Source: Amoebophrya sp. A120 (lineage: Eukaryota; Protista; Dinoflagellata). From it: 64,000 bases of DNA. How positions within the stretch are numbered: the first letter of the stretch is position 1; each line of letters opens with the position of its first letter. Made by a program: the position numbers and the translations under genes. A model generated the notes under the pieces. The model worked only from the letters and a program-made list of their open reading frames with translations, had not been told where the DNA came from and ran no database searches. Shown in pieces: positions 1-12,607 of the stretch. The stretch covers positions 7,334,548 through 7,398,547 of the forward strand of contig CAJINV010000004.1 in NCBI GenBank assembly GCA_905178155.1. Reading direction: 5' to 3'.

Positions 1-606
1 TCTATTGTACACAAAGCAAAAGCTGCAAAAGAAGTCGGAAACACAGAGTCAGAGCGCCTACGTGTACGCCCATCCGAGTTGATTTGCAGTGGAATTTTCA
101 TATCTTTTTACGTTTATCGCGACAACCGATGTCACTCGGGCTGCGGTAGAAGGCAGGACTGGCTTGCAACGACGTTCTTGACTTCTCTTCCGGTGTTTTC
201 GCAAAAATCCTCGCTCGTCCTCACCGTAAATTGAACTTCGGGGTCGTTGGCAGCATATAGCGTCGCCTTCTAAAACAAGGAGGCACTTCTAGCGAGCTCC
301 CGTCTCTTCGACGCACGGACCGGACGCTGCTGCTCGCGCAACTCCTCAGGTTCCTCTTCCAGCTCACGACGCTGTCGGGCCAATCAAAGCGCAAAAAAAC
401 TTATTATCATGCCTGTCCATGTAAGTAAGCTAATTGTTTGCAGCGTGGTCTTATGATTATCCGTGATTATCTTCTTTGAGAATTACTCTTTCTGAACAAG
501 AAAGCAGTCGGGGGCGTATCAAAAAAATTCGTGCTCCGCATCTTCAAAACTTCGAACCTAGTCGACACGAAAGAGCGGTGAGAGCTGACTCAGGAGAGCG
601 CTCATA

Positions 607-1968
607 TCAAAAATCACTCACTCCCGCGGTTTCCGAGCCATTACTCCCACTGGGACGTCCCAGCTCGCTCACCAACGTCGGCGGGTAGAGTCCCTCCCAG
701 ACGGTCTCGCCGTTGGCAGCACGGAGAACTCTTGCGGGACCGAAAAGGGGGCGGAAGAATGGCAGCCAGTGCTGCTGAAGTTTGGGTCGAGGTTCTAAAT
801 GCTCCCAACAACCGATGTCCCACGTCCCTCGTCCTGGCAGGTGTCTAACGCTGGCACTCTGGAAGTAACACGACTTGGGCTCCAGGCTCCTTGTGAGATC
901 CACATTGAGAAAATGCTCGGGCACTTCCCGCCCGATTAGATCGGTTAAGCCAGCACTCACCAGCAGGGAGAAGATGTTCGTCGTTGGCACGCCAGCATTG
1001 GCTGCGGCTTTGCAGGTCTGCAGAAAACGACCTCGGTCGCGAGCGCACAGCTGCGCTTGTGCCCGTACATCCATGGGCGCTTCCCAGCCTTGGAATTTCT
1101 GGGAGCTGAACCACATGTACTTCGGTACCAAAACGTTAAACAAATCCAGCCAGTTCTCCTGACTGCCGTAAACTTCTGTATCCGCTGGCGCTGCACCATT
1201 ATGCTGCAACTGCGTCATCACATCCTGCATCAAAGGAACGGAAGCTACGCCCGCCCGTGCCCATGCGAGAGGAATCGCACAAGCCACCTTGTCATCCGCA
1301 TCACGCAGCTCCTCACCCTCTTCCTGAGGCCACCGAGGATGTACCCCCGGGAACGGACCATAGTGAACCTTCTTTTCGACCCACTCTCCGCGGAGGATCG
1401 CGCGCTGGTCCCGCAGGGCCAGAAACACGTTTCGATTCTCCTGCGTCTCGGCCCGAGTTTTCCAGTACTGATAAAGAATCATGGGCCCATCTGAACGTTG
1501 TCCGATCGGGGTGTAAACGGAAAACGGCGAAGCCGACGCCGAGGCGGAGGATGAACTTGAAGGTTGTTCTGCAGCTGCAACGCCAGCTGCCGGAACATGC
1601 TCGCCGCGCCCGTTGGTCGTTACAGTTTCCGTTCTCTCAACTCTCTTGCACATCAGCAGCCCCGCCATAGCTTGAGTAGCAAACGCTTGAGCCGTACCCC
1701 CTTGCATGGGGGGATAGAACCCGCCCTCGTCCCTGGCAAGGAACGGAAAATCGGTCCCAGCACTTCGCAGTTGACTGGGTAGCTTGTCGGCGATTCGCTT
1801 TGCGGCCCTGGATTCGAATATCCGTGCGGCATACTCATGCTCAACATTTATTTCGGTCGTTGCAGGCCGAACAGACGAAGACACTACTACTCCAAGGAAC
1901 GTAGATAAGTAAAAAACCGCCAATCCCATGATCGGCCTGCGCATTCGGCGTTCCAAAAACATGCCCAT
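607..1968 (-). CDS. Hypothetical protein (453 aa), single exon, hydrophobic N-terminus (possible signal peptide)
   Basis: Long uninterrupted ORF; IMGLAVFYLSTFLGVVVSS hydrophobic stretch near the N-terminus; no family recognised. Confidence 0.7.
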   Translation of the reverse strand: MGMFLERRMRRPIMGLAVFYLSTFLGVVVSSSVRPATTEINVEHEYAARIFESRAAKRIADKLPSQLRSAGTDFPFLARDEGGFYPPMQGGTAQAFATQAMAGLLMCKRVERTETVTTNGRGEHVPAAGVAAAEQPSSSSSASASASPFSVYTPIGQRSDGPMILYQYWKTRAETQENRNVFLALRDQRAILRGEWVEKKVHYGPFPGVHPRWPQEEGEELRDADDKVACAIPLAWARAGVASVPLMQDVMTQLQHNGAAPADTEVYGSQENWLDLFNVLVPKYMWFSSQKFQGWEAPMDVRAQAQLCARDRGRFLQTCKAAANAGVPTTNIFSLLVSAGLTDLIGREVPEHFLNVDLTRSLEPKSCYFQSASVRHLPGRGTWDIGCWEHLEPRPKLQQHWLPFFRPLFGPARVLRAANGETVWEGLYPPTLVSELGRPSGSNGSETAGVSDF

Positions 1969-2859
1969 TTTTGTTCAGTTCCACTGCATGCGACAAAACG
2001 ATGAATCGGATTCAAAGGGATAGATCTGACAGCAACACTTAGACTAGGTCTTGGTCGTGGATGTCGAAGATTAGTAAAAAGGCCAAAAACAATACAAAAA
2101 AAGGTGTGCAGACTGATGCTGCTTGCGACAAAATCGAAGGTAAAGGTAAATCTCGACTTGATCCAAAATGGCTACACAGCCTGCAGATATATACGGTAAA
2201 GAAATATGAAACGCAATCCACCACGCCAGTGCAACGTCTACTGGAGCACAAGTGCGCGCGTCAATTCTATAAATAATTTCCATCACCACTTCAAGGATGA
2301 GTTCTCAACGTTCACGGTGAGTAGTTGTAGTACTCCAGCTTCCAAAAATTGATCGCACAGATCGCAATCACTGATCCATTTCGAGCGACAACATTTGACG
2401 GGTTCTTGTTCTTTGTCGGGATCTACAATTTCGCACAGCTACGCAAGGCTTCTGACCTTGAAACTGAACCTGAATCTGATTTCGCTAGTTCCACACATGA
2501 GATCGGTAAAATCTAAATTTAGATTTGGGCGATGAGATGAGCCTCCGACGGAACCGAATCATACTTCATTATTTTGGAACGACAATGCAGTGGCGGGGGC
2601 GGCTTTTCAGGATTGCGCTACTATTTCTTTGAAAAGATAACATAAGTGTCGAATCTTGTTGGGACTTGCTCCTTGAAATACGAACCGACTCTGTAAATGA
2701 GCACGACACACTTGACCAATGATTCCGATCAGAACTCACTGCGAACAAGCGAAGAAGGAAACGAAACCGAGCCTCGCGACGAGGTCAAGACAACGTCCGT
2801 GAGGACAAGAGAACGTAATGTGGCGAGTTTGACATTTTTCCGCGCCTCCGAAATCTATT

Positions 2860-5613
2860 TCATGATGCACTTCGAAAACCTTCCGCAATGGACGGACCCC
2901 GTGCGGTTATGAGAAAAATCAACGACGTCGGCTTGCTATGAACCGCAAAAGTATCGCACTCGGATAGATGCATTACAAATTAAGAAAAAGATTTGCAATG
3001 CATGACTGCAATACGAGTGCATTACTTTTGCAATTCATACTTGCAGCGATGCCCGCTCATCCCGCTCGCGCCCGCCGTACTGCCGTCGGAAGTGGTCGCG
3101 CTGGATGAAACCGTCACGAGTTCCTGCGCTTTCGTTAACACGTGCAAGGGCAAAGTGGTGCTTTCCTCCGGGCTTAGCCGAAGGGAAAACGTGGTTATCC
3201 CGGACCTGCCGAACCAGGTGACCAGCGTGATGTCCGCAAAATCGCGGCTGGCCAACAACCGCAACAGCTGCGAGTCCGGCTTTTCCAAGCCGAGGCATTT
3301 CAAAATCAGCATGCCCTCCAGCACGGTGGAATCCTATCCACTGCAAAAGAATCGGAAGTAGCCCCACTCATGGCGTTCATGCATATACAGATATCTGTCT
3401 GTTTTTTTACCATTTTCAGCATTAGAAACTTTTGTTGTTTGAAAAAGTTTGTCATGCGATTTGTACTACATACGATACTTTTGTCATGCATAGATCCTTG
3501 CTGAGCTTGATTTCCAATTTGAGCTCGTCACTATTCTCCGGAAAAACGGATAGCCCGAGGGCCGACACGTGGTGAACCTGCATGGCGTTTTTTTGTTTTG
3601 GGACTACCGTGGTGGACCTGCAAGACAATTTTTTTCCTAAGGTAAATCCGCATTACAAATTTGAATTTCGTTTGTAATGCTGTAATGCAATCTATACTAG
3701 TACGATACTGCATAATCTTCTTACAAACATATACCGCAACTTCCGGCTGCAAGCAGTACTGATGCAGCGAATCCAGCTCTGCGCAGTGCGGACAAAGCAG
3801 CATCACCAGGTCCCAGGACAGGTCGCCATGAAAGGTCACGCCGGCGTCAATCGAGTGCGCCAGCGTCTCGTCTTCTTCCCCAGGCGACGTGACGTCTAAC
3901 TGGTCCACTTCTTGTTCGGCGCGTAGTCGTGTGGTCTCTGCTGCGGCTGGGACTTGGCCGGGCGGTTTGCTGGTAGTTGTAGTACCATCCCCCGTTTGTA
4001 GTTGCACTTCTAGCCCCTGCACTTCCACCTGCTCGACGTCGATGGTCTTTACGGTTTCCGGGGAGGCAAGAAGGGACGACGCGGCTGCGTTCTGCGGGAA
4101 GTCTGATAACCTGCACCAGGTGGACAAGTGGGTGACTTCCTGTTCGTGTTCTTCAAACAGAGCTTGTAACCGGGACAACTGCGGGGCTTGCGGTATCCTA
4201 CAGTCCTGCATGAAGGCAAGCGCTTGCTCGAGCATGTCTGTTGAAGTGTGAGAGGAAAATGCGTAGGTTTTTCTTTCAAGTTTCCTACGTCAGAACGCGT
4301 ATTATCAGAGAGAACAAGGGTGCCGTGTGTTTCATACTGGCATTCTACAACTTCTAGGGAGGACAATTATGCCTTCGAGAAGATGAACAAGCCTGCTGTC
4401 TTTACATCAAAAAACCCTAACCCTTCTATACCCGTCTCCCCCTTCGCACACAAAACTTCATGCTCGTAGCCACCAACGTCCCGCACGGCTGCATGGGATC
4501 CTACGGCGCAAGAATCGTCAAATGCTTCGGCCCAGTGGTGGAAAAAATCTGCCTGTTTCTCGTGCGCAGTTTTGCTGACAAAATCCGAGCTGTGCTCAAT
4601 CGTGAGGGCGCCCCACGTCTGCTGCGCACGTGGCGTGTGCTCCGCGACGGGCTTCTTTCTCCAAATTCGCAGCGTGATCGTCTTCACCAGGGGGATGGTT
4701 GGCGTTGGATGTTGTTCCTGTGAAGAGGCCTGTTCTCCTGGTGCACCAGGGGAGTTTGTTTTTATTTCCTCATCTTCGTTGCATATCAGCACTTCCAGCT
4801 CCGCCTTGCAATCCGAAACTGCTATTTCGTCCATCGTGATGATCACGTCACCGGTCTCCAGCCCCTTCATTCGTGCCCACTTGTGGGTTTGCTATCAAGT
4901 GCAAAAATGTCCGGGTCTGGTAGATTCTTACATTTGTCATGCATGTCTGACATGACTCGAGAATTTGTGATGCATGGGCACGAAAAAACTCTCCTATCTG
5001 TCATCCAAAAACGCAGCTTCTCATGCGGAACACGCAACACATAGCAGCTCAAAAATTTGTCATGCTGGGTTGCGTATTGCAGTCCGGCTATCATCCACTT
5101 TTTGCATCACAAGTTTCCAGACCCAGACATTTTTGCATTTGATATTTGCCTCTCCACTTCGATCTCGACGCCGTTGCCCACATATCAAATGCATATGTGT
5201 CTGGGTCTGGAACTTTGCTAGACTTGTCATGCAGGTTTTCCATGACCCATATGATCTGTAATGGAGGACCTAGCATGACGGATTCCGTGAGATCACTATC
5301 ATGCCTATCCTGCATGAGAAACTGCCTCTCAACTTGATCAAAATTGGACAGCATTTGGGAATCACGCAACACAGATTTTTGCATGATTCAGATTTAGCAT
5401 GACAAGTTCCAACCTTCCAGACCCAGACATTTTTGGAGTGCATACCACATTCCGATCGGAGTTCAGGACCAGGTTGCAGAGCGGGGTGCCTCGGGATTTC
5501 TGCACTTCGGCGGTGCGAACTTCGACTTCGAATTCTGTGTAGTCGTCCGGGACTTTGACGCGGTTCTCCACTTGCGGAGAGTCCGCGGACTTGGAACCGC
5601 AACAAGCGACCAT
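2860..5613 (-). CDS. Multi-exon hypothetical protein with a PDZ-like N-terminal domain (ends approximate)
   Basis: Removing introners 5183-5444 and 4893-5144, each with one TSD copy, gives a continuous frame ...CNLVLNSDRNVGNGVEIEVERQTHKWARMKGLETGDVIITMDEI..., which resembles the PDZ GLxxGDxI motif. Further exons at about 3735-4240 and 3040-3334. Confidence 0.5.
2937..3039. mobile_element. Introner family A (short copy)
   Basis: tatgaaccgcaaaagta...tacttttgcaattcata; 5-bp direct repeat cttgc on both sides. Confidence 0.85.
3335..3492. mobile_element. Introner family A, diverged
   Basis: tatccactgcaaaag...cttttgtcatgcata; flanks aatcc/gatcc. Confidence 0.7.
4893..5144. mobile_element. Introner family B
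   Basis: TIR tatcaagtgcaaaaatgtccgggtctgg / ccagacccagacatttttgcatttgata; TSD tttgc. Confidence 0.9.
5183..5444. mobile_element. Introner family B
   Basis: Family B TIRs; TSD ccaca; separated from the previous copy by a 38-nt micro-exon. Confidence 0.9.
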
Positions 5614-6572
5614 GTTTTGTTGCTCGTTTCCTACTTGTGAAACGACGTTTAGCAATTTTATCGAAGCAGTAGCAGTAGACACAGAAGTACCAAGAAATTC
5701 ATCTAAGTTCACCGAGAAGGAACTGCGGACAACTGCTCACTCTTTTGCGGTGGCTCATCACTCTCCAGTGCTCCTCCTTCCTAACTTCGACACTTCTCCC
5801 GCCGCTCGCTCCGCCTGACTGCGACCACGCGTGCCGCTGTTGAGCGCCGTGTCGTATTCATGTTGGCACCTCCAGAGGAAAGTCGAACATAACGGAAAAC
5901 GGGAAGCGAAAGCCACATCTTCCTCAAGCCCGCGGCCCGGGCGATCGTGATCGAAAATGTCGTCGGTTGGTACTATTCTAGATGCTTTCATCGTTTTTCT
6001 TTCCTGTCCAGTATGGTCATTGTCCTTTGTAGGAGCAAATGCAAAATCTTCCATCATGTTTTTGTTCGATCATGATTTGCTTGTTCTTACACCTCCAGTG
6101 GGCAAATTCTTGTAAGCACATGTACAAGGCAACATGGGTATCAAGCTACGCAGCTGAGATGACGTAAATTACATGCGAATCATAGTTGTATATCAATTTT
6201 AATATTTTCGTGTTTAGTGTTTGACGTACACGTAGACGTACATCATTGAGGACGGTGCATTATGCGATTAATTTTTCATGTCGTCCATCGAACAAGGCTG
6301 ACGTAATCCATCGGTCAGCCCAATCATGATGATGTTGTTGCAATGTCAGTTGAGAAAGATATCATGTTAAAAATTCTCTACGGCGTAGCTCTACGGTTTA
6401 ATATTTTTCTCACGAACCACTCGGAATTGCTGTACGTGAACGTGCTTCATCTGCGCCCGGTCACCTGCGACGTCGAGAATGATCTGCTCTTTTCTGCCAC
6501 CGATCGTCGTTTGAGTTTGCCTTCCCCTACTTCCCTCCGCACCAAATCGTCTCGCAGCGTCCAAAGTACTAC

Positions 6573-9500
6573 TTAGTTTGTGACACCCGCTGGTGCAGCA
6601 GCGCCGCCGAAGGGGTTCTCATTGTTCAAGTTGGTCCAGCTTTTGTCCCGTTTCGTGTTCACGTACATGTCTTCATACGGTGGGCTGTACGGCGGAAGCG
6701 GTGTGGCCAGGTATCGGCTAGCCGGGGACGGCATGGGAGAGGCTGTAGAAGTACGCGGAGTGGGAGTTGTGCGAGTTTTTATCAATTTTTCTGTGATAAC
6801 TACAACATGCTGCCGTGCTTGTTTTTATTGTGACGATCATGATGCGAATGCCGTTGCGAAATAAATAACACAGAAATATTCATCGAGAACAACTACCGAC
6901 AAAGCTCGCCAAGTCCTTCTCGTCTTCGGGGTACAGGGACGGAAACGGCAGTGTGAGGAGCCCCCCGTAGATGCACTGGCCGCAAATCAAAGTGACGAAC
7001 CCCACCGCCTGCAACCAAGAGTAGTCGTTCCAGAGCTCGCCGAATTCCGCGTACTGCGCGGGCGCGAAATAGGTGATCGCCAGGTCGATGCCCCACACCA
7101 GCGCCGTCCGGCTGGCGTCAATCATCGTGAAGTGGACTGCGGAGAGACTGCTGGTGACCAGCATTCGAGCCACGTTGTAGGTGCAGCAGGAACAGAGGTA
7201 GATCTGTAGTTTGGAGTGGTAGCTTTGCTTTTGCTTTTTGTGCTTTATGAATATGTTTCATCGCTCTTTCATGACGATCAAGATGAACAACATACACACG
7301 GTAAGTAGATGGACATGGATCTCAATAGGGGATGATCTGCTGCAAAAACGACCGAAACATCAAAAAGAAAAAACGTATACCGCCAGCATGGTCTGGAGTC
7401 CCAAGGAGTTGCTGAGCATGGTGAGGGTGTCTATTGTGTTTTCTTGCACTCCGCCGACATCCGACCCCGGCAAGACTTCGCACAGGGGGAAAACAAACAA
7501 GAGCATCACCAAGCAGCCCCACACGCCTTCGTAGCCGACCAGTGTGAAGCAGCCCATTTCCACGTTCTTCAAAAGTCTTTCCTCAGCCACACACTGCGCA
7601 GCCTGCAGGACCTGTGCCGCCATCACAAAAGCGACACCGAGCGCGGCGGCGTTGTTGCCATCAGATGGTGCTGTAGCCGTGGTTCCGGTGCTGGCGTCGG
7701 CCTAATAGAGTTGTTCTTTTGCGACTTTAGTATTCTCATCCGCCCCATGCAAAAACAAAAAGTAGCAAAATGATGAAAAGTTATTTAGCAATACTAGCAA
7801 CACAGATGACTGAAGAATACTCCATGCGCGATCTGTGCCAGCATGCGACACAAAAATCTTCTTGAAATGTAGATTTTATGTGTACCGGCTGATTCGATCC
7901 GTCCGACCCGTCCCCACCGAGCACGGAGGCTGCGCCGACGCAGGAAATGCCCAGCTATCAAATGCAAATATGTCTGGGTCTGGAAATTTGTGATGCTAAA
8001 ACAACCGCACCGACATTGCCATTATCCATTATCACTGGGGAAGCAAGCCTCCGCAGGCGCTGGAGCGGCATAGGGTCAGAACCGCGAAAACATCGCGAGT
8101 ATTTCTTCATCCCCGGGCACTCATATTTTTTTCAACCATACTTTGCGCTCACAACTGTAATAGAAGCAGACAGGGAATCCGTGATTGGATTACACAGACC
8201 CCCAGAAACCTGCTATACAATGAGATCAATGTATGGAAGCTAACAGACCCAAGCCGTATGATGATCTCGTAGATCTACAGCAAGGGCGTTTTAGAGCTTC
8301 CACGCAGTGCGACTACAGGACATAGATGCGGAAATTGAAGAACTGCGGCCCTTTCTGTGGACTGGGGGGGACGAGAGACCTTTGCCGGGCTCTGGCGTGT
8401 CCTTGCAGCTGGTCTGTCCGCCGCGCCACTCGTTCCCTCTACCACTTCGCTGGATGTCGCCGCTGGGGCAAATGCTTGGGGCCGAGGAATTTGCAGCAAC
8501 ACTTCTGTTGTTGAGTGCCCCTACACATCTGTTGTTGAGTGCTACGGGAGTAAGCCGCCTGTTGGGCTTACTGCTGAAAATTCCTCTAGCCCTGCCGCAT
8601 TTGAGGAGACTCCTACCGTTCCATTCCGCTCTGTGGTAGCCGACTTTGCTCGCCTCCCGGATTGCGGTTGTACGGCACGACTACTATTTACCGCTCCTCA
8701 GGACACCCGCAGGACGGTAAACGGCGACGCCGCGAACATGGAGAAGTTGCTGCCCATGTCCGTCAGGCTAAGCGAGGACCTTGCTGCTGCGCAGGATGGT
8801 GCGTGGACGACTGCTGCAGGATTCAGGCGCCGTGTCCGGGCGGGGAGGAGGTCATTTTTAGGAGGGGTACTCGGCAGCACGGGGCGCTGGTTCTGAGATC
8901 TCGGCTACCTAGTGTAAAGGGGGGGCCTGAGATCTAGTAGGCTACTATAAAGGGGGGCACAGCGGACCCGCCACGCTCGGGTGTTTATCTACTTCTTTCG
9001 AAACTCCTCTTCAGGGAGTCGGGGGAGGTACCGACGTGGTGTCAGTGGTGGTAAAATGATTGTGAGTCATCGCATCTACTCTACGGCATAGCTCCCCCTA
9101 TTCTAGATTTGTTGGATCTCAGGCAACAAGGCAAAGCCTTGAGCCAAATGCAGAGCGCTTTCGCACACGAACTCCGAATGCGAAACTGCGTTTTTGTACG
9201 ACATGAGAGGCTGCAACTTTTGTTGGTCATGCAATACAGAACTCACTGAAATGCAGCAACCGCATTACAAGTGCCAACTTTCCTGACCCAGACATATTTG
9301 CAATGCATACCAGCACGCACACAGCAATTCCGAGCCAGTTGAACCCGTACATGCGTCGCTTCAGGAACAGGATCGACAGAAAGGCGGAGAACACGATCAT
9401 GCTGCCGCGGAGCATTTGCCAGACAGACGCGGAAATGTACAGCAGGCCGATGAAGTTCAGTCTATCCTGAGGAAAAACGTCCCCATCCTATAGTAGTTGT

Positions 9501-12048
9501 CATGCAAATTTGCGATTACAGGAAGTAGATTTGCAATGCGCATCTCCATGAGAGGCATTTCCAATTGCGTTTTGGAATTTGTAATGCTGTAAACAGGATA
9601 AGAAGATGGATCATTTGTGATGCGGTTGTCCTTGCTAACAATAACACGCACTACACTACGGACTGCAATTTGTCATGCGTGGCTCCCAAAACCTCTGGAT
9701 TTGTCTTGCTAAGTTCCCAACTCGACCATGGGGTCGACGTGGGGACGTTTTCAGATATGATACAGTCCGGAAGAAACCAAGTCTAACACCGCCGGAACTC
9801 CGACCGCGAGAAAGTCTCGGTACTTCTTCTGCTGCAGGGCCTGATAACGAGTCAAGTTACGATGTGGATGTTGCGTGACAGGCTGCAACGAAAATACAGC
9901 AGTCACAGTGATAATTGTGATAGTGATCAGCATCTAGATCGTGCATGACAAACATCCTTCCATACCGTCCGCGGTGATTGTCCGCCGAGCAAAGGTATCA
10001 AATGCAAATACGTCTGGGTCTGGAAGGATCCGAACTTGTGATGCGAGTTGCGGATCATGCAAAGATCTGTGCTGCATGACTGGTAAGAGGTGCTCACTTC
10101 TGGCCATGCTATCGCATCGCTTTGACATTTGACTCCTGTCAGGGTGGCGTTAGAACAGATTTAGCCTCTGCCAATACCGTGGCGTTAGAACAGATTTAGC
10201 CTCTGCCAATACCCCTAGGCGGACACCCGTTCCACTTCCTACAGGTACCACCCGACCGCATCCGCCGAACCGTTTGCGATTGCTTACGCGTGAGTACGGC
10301 CAGTGGGCGCTAGATGTGGCTGACCTGATTTACCATCCAAGCCCGCGAGCAAGGTGGAGCTCCAGTGTTGCCTTGTTGGGTTATTCTTACAAACTTTGAA
10401 CACTACAGCTTCTGTGGTCGGTTGCGCGCTAGATATACAGGGGGTCTATTGGTCACACACGTTGACCCTATCACGATGACGGGCAACCCCAAAGCATGCC
10501 CCTTTCAAGCACTTTACCGACCTGCTTCCGCGCACCCTTTTTATGCGCATAGGTAGAGTCGGACTCTGAAGCTCCGCGATAGCAGAGCCGCCACCGCGCC
10601 CGCCCCGGGGGGCCCCTTGGGGAAGGGGGGTGCTGCCTTAGCGCAGTCTTTAACTTAGCAACCCTGTTTCTACCTACTAGTAAAAGGGACGCAATGACGA
10701 CGACGGGATAGCAGCGCCGTGCCTATCGGCTGGCGAGGACGAGATGATTAGCAGCGCCGTGCCGTTCAGCTGGCGGAAACGGAGCCCTTGCAGGCTAGCT
10801 GTGACGACCAAGGGAGCCATTTTCTTTCTTCTCTTTCTTTTTCTTTCCTCTGCTTCCTCTCCCCTCCGCCGACGCCCAGAACACTGCGCCCCCATTATGC
10901 GTCCTTCTGTTTCGTTCTCTGTTCTCTTTCTTTTCATCATTTTTGAACATTTCCTTCATCATTATTTCTCAGCGCATGTTCCTATACATCTGGGCTAACT
11001 CATCTTGTAGTGGGTTTTCATACTTCAGTCCTTTCATGGATCTCCTTTCTTCCTGCCGCTTGCGCTCCTCTTCCCGCTCCGCTGCCTCTTCGCGGTCCCG
11101 CTTCCGGTCCCTCTCGTTCAGCTCCTTCAGTGTTGGGAATCTTTTTTCTTCCTTTTTCTCTTCTTTTACCATCTCTGTTTCGCTTATATCTTTAGCGATT
11201 TTCTTCTTCAGTCCTCCAAACCCCCCTTCTCCGCCTGGCTCTGCTGCTTCTCGTGCTGTCGCTTCTGTTTCCTCCTCCTTTTCCGGCACTTGGCGCACTT
11301 GCTGCGTGTTCTTCTCGTGTCGCGTCGCATCGCCTGCGACTTCTTTGCTCGCTGTTTTCTGCTCTTTCGAGACTTCCCTCTTGGGCAGTTTGCCTCCTGG
11401 CCCCCCTATCGTAATTCTTTGAAACATCTCCCGCGTTGCCTCCTCCGGTCCTTGATCCTTATAATACCCCATGCCAAAGAGAGGGTATTTCTCATGCAGA
11501 ATAGGCATGATCACGATCACGAAGGGGCTGCAGAACCTGTCATGCTAGACCCTGCATTCCAGACTTGGTGGAGCTTGGATCAACTGCATCAGAAGTGTCG
11601 GAATCTTCCGGACCCAGACGTTTTTGCAGTTGATAAAAGGGGTCTCGCGGTCAGGCTCAGCGCCGCCCTTTCCTTTGCTGCTGCTTCCATTCACTATTTT
11701 GTCCACACCGAGGACCTGAATTTTTATAGCGATAGTCGTCATGATGTACATCTGATTTTTTGCATTTGTCATGCCAATGATCACGGGGTTTTGAAGGTGG
11801 TCATCATGATGCTATGCACGGCGACGACGCTTTGACGTTGTGTCGTGTGGCAAAAAAAAAAAATCTAAATTCCCACTTACCCCGACCATGGCCGCGAACA
11901 TGGCAAAATTGCCCCACCAAGGTTTCTGAAAGTGCTTCGCCAGCCCGTCCTCGCCCACCGCAGACATCGAGAACTGCCATTTCGTTGTCAACGTGTTCAG
12001 GGTCCCGAAGACCATGAGAAAAAGGATGTACCCCGCAACGACCAACAT
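6573..12048 (-). CDS. SLC35F6-like DMT-superfamily (nucleotide-sugar-transporter-like) membrane protein, multi-exon
   Basis: Exons encode GTLNTLTTKWQF...HFQKPWWGNFAMF, PAVLDLVSSGLNFIGLLYISASVWQMLRGSMIVFSAFLSILFLKRR, AQVLQAAQCVAEERLL...GYEGVWG and SAVHFTMIDASRTALVW, all typical of SLC35F6-like proteins. Canonical GTAAGT donor at about 11880. Confidence 0.85.
7956..9309. mobile_element. Introner family B expanded by a nested ~1.1-kb foreign insertion
   Basis: Family B TIRs at both ends; TSD ccagc; about 8000-9100 is unrelated to other B copies. Confidence 0.85.
9463..9762. mobile_element. Introner family C
   Basis: tatcctgaggaaaaacgtcccca...tggggacgttttcagatatgata; TSD cagtc; precise removal gives GL|NFIGLLY. 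Confidence 0.85.
9996..11635. mobile_element. Introner family B expanded by a nested ~1.36-kb insertion (10110-11468)
   Basis: Family B TIRs; TSD aaagg; the inner insert is flanked by a ccatgc direct repeat. Confidence 0.85.
10144..10213 (+). repeat. Perfect 35-bp tandem duplication
   Basis: gtggcgttagaacagatttagcctctgccaatacc x2. Confidence 0.95.
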
Positions 12049-12607
12049 GGTATTCTGATTTTCTTTTCGTCCACAGAGTCTATCAAGAGGTGCGGTCGTT
12101 GTCCTCCTATCTTCTACCTAATGGTACTAGTTCTAGTTGTGTACAAGGCCGCGATCTGGATGTCCAGCTTCCTCCAGCTGAACTACAATTACAACTTGAA
12201 CTTTCCTTTTAGATCAAAAAACCTTAAGCTACCAGCTTCTACTAGCGCTCGCTTTCTCTTTTTGCTTTTTGCGTCGCCTCTCGTCCCTCGTCCACCTCTC
12301 ACTACGCAGCATTGCACTCGAAAAAATCCTCTACGCAAGCCGCTTCAATGACAAAGGTCAGAACCAGAAGCAGCTCTAAAATAAATCGGTGTCGTGGTTT
12401 GCCGTTCCCTCAGCCTGTAAGGGCCGCGCTCTTCCAGGAAGCCTCCGTGCAGTAGAGGATGTTGAAGGTGTCAAGAACAAAATTTTACGTCGGCGCACAA
12501 GAACTCGCATGAGCAGGAGAAAGAAGATGCGAACAAGAATTATGTGAGCCAAGGACTAGTGTCGTGCGAGCTTTATTGTCCTCATCTTCCATCTTCCCAT
12601 ACTCCGG

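Noticed and set aside
4867-5384. Recurrent short peptides such as CKSIVLV, LQKYRTR, PDPDIFA and MSGSG in many ORF translations
   Set aside because: They are translations of introner TIRs, not a protein repeat family.
9138-9150. Minus-strand CATTTGGCTCAAG resembling the 3' end of the dinoflagellate spliced leader
   Set aside because: Only about 11 nt match, it lies inside an introner, and it is not upstream of a start codon; chance is sufficient.
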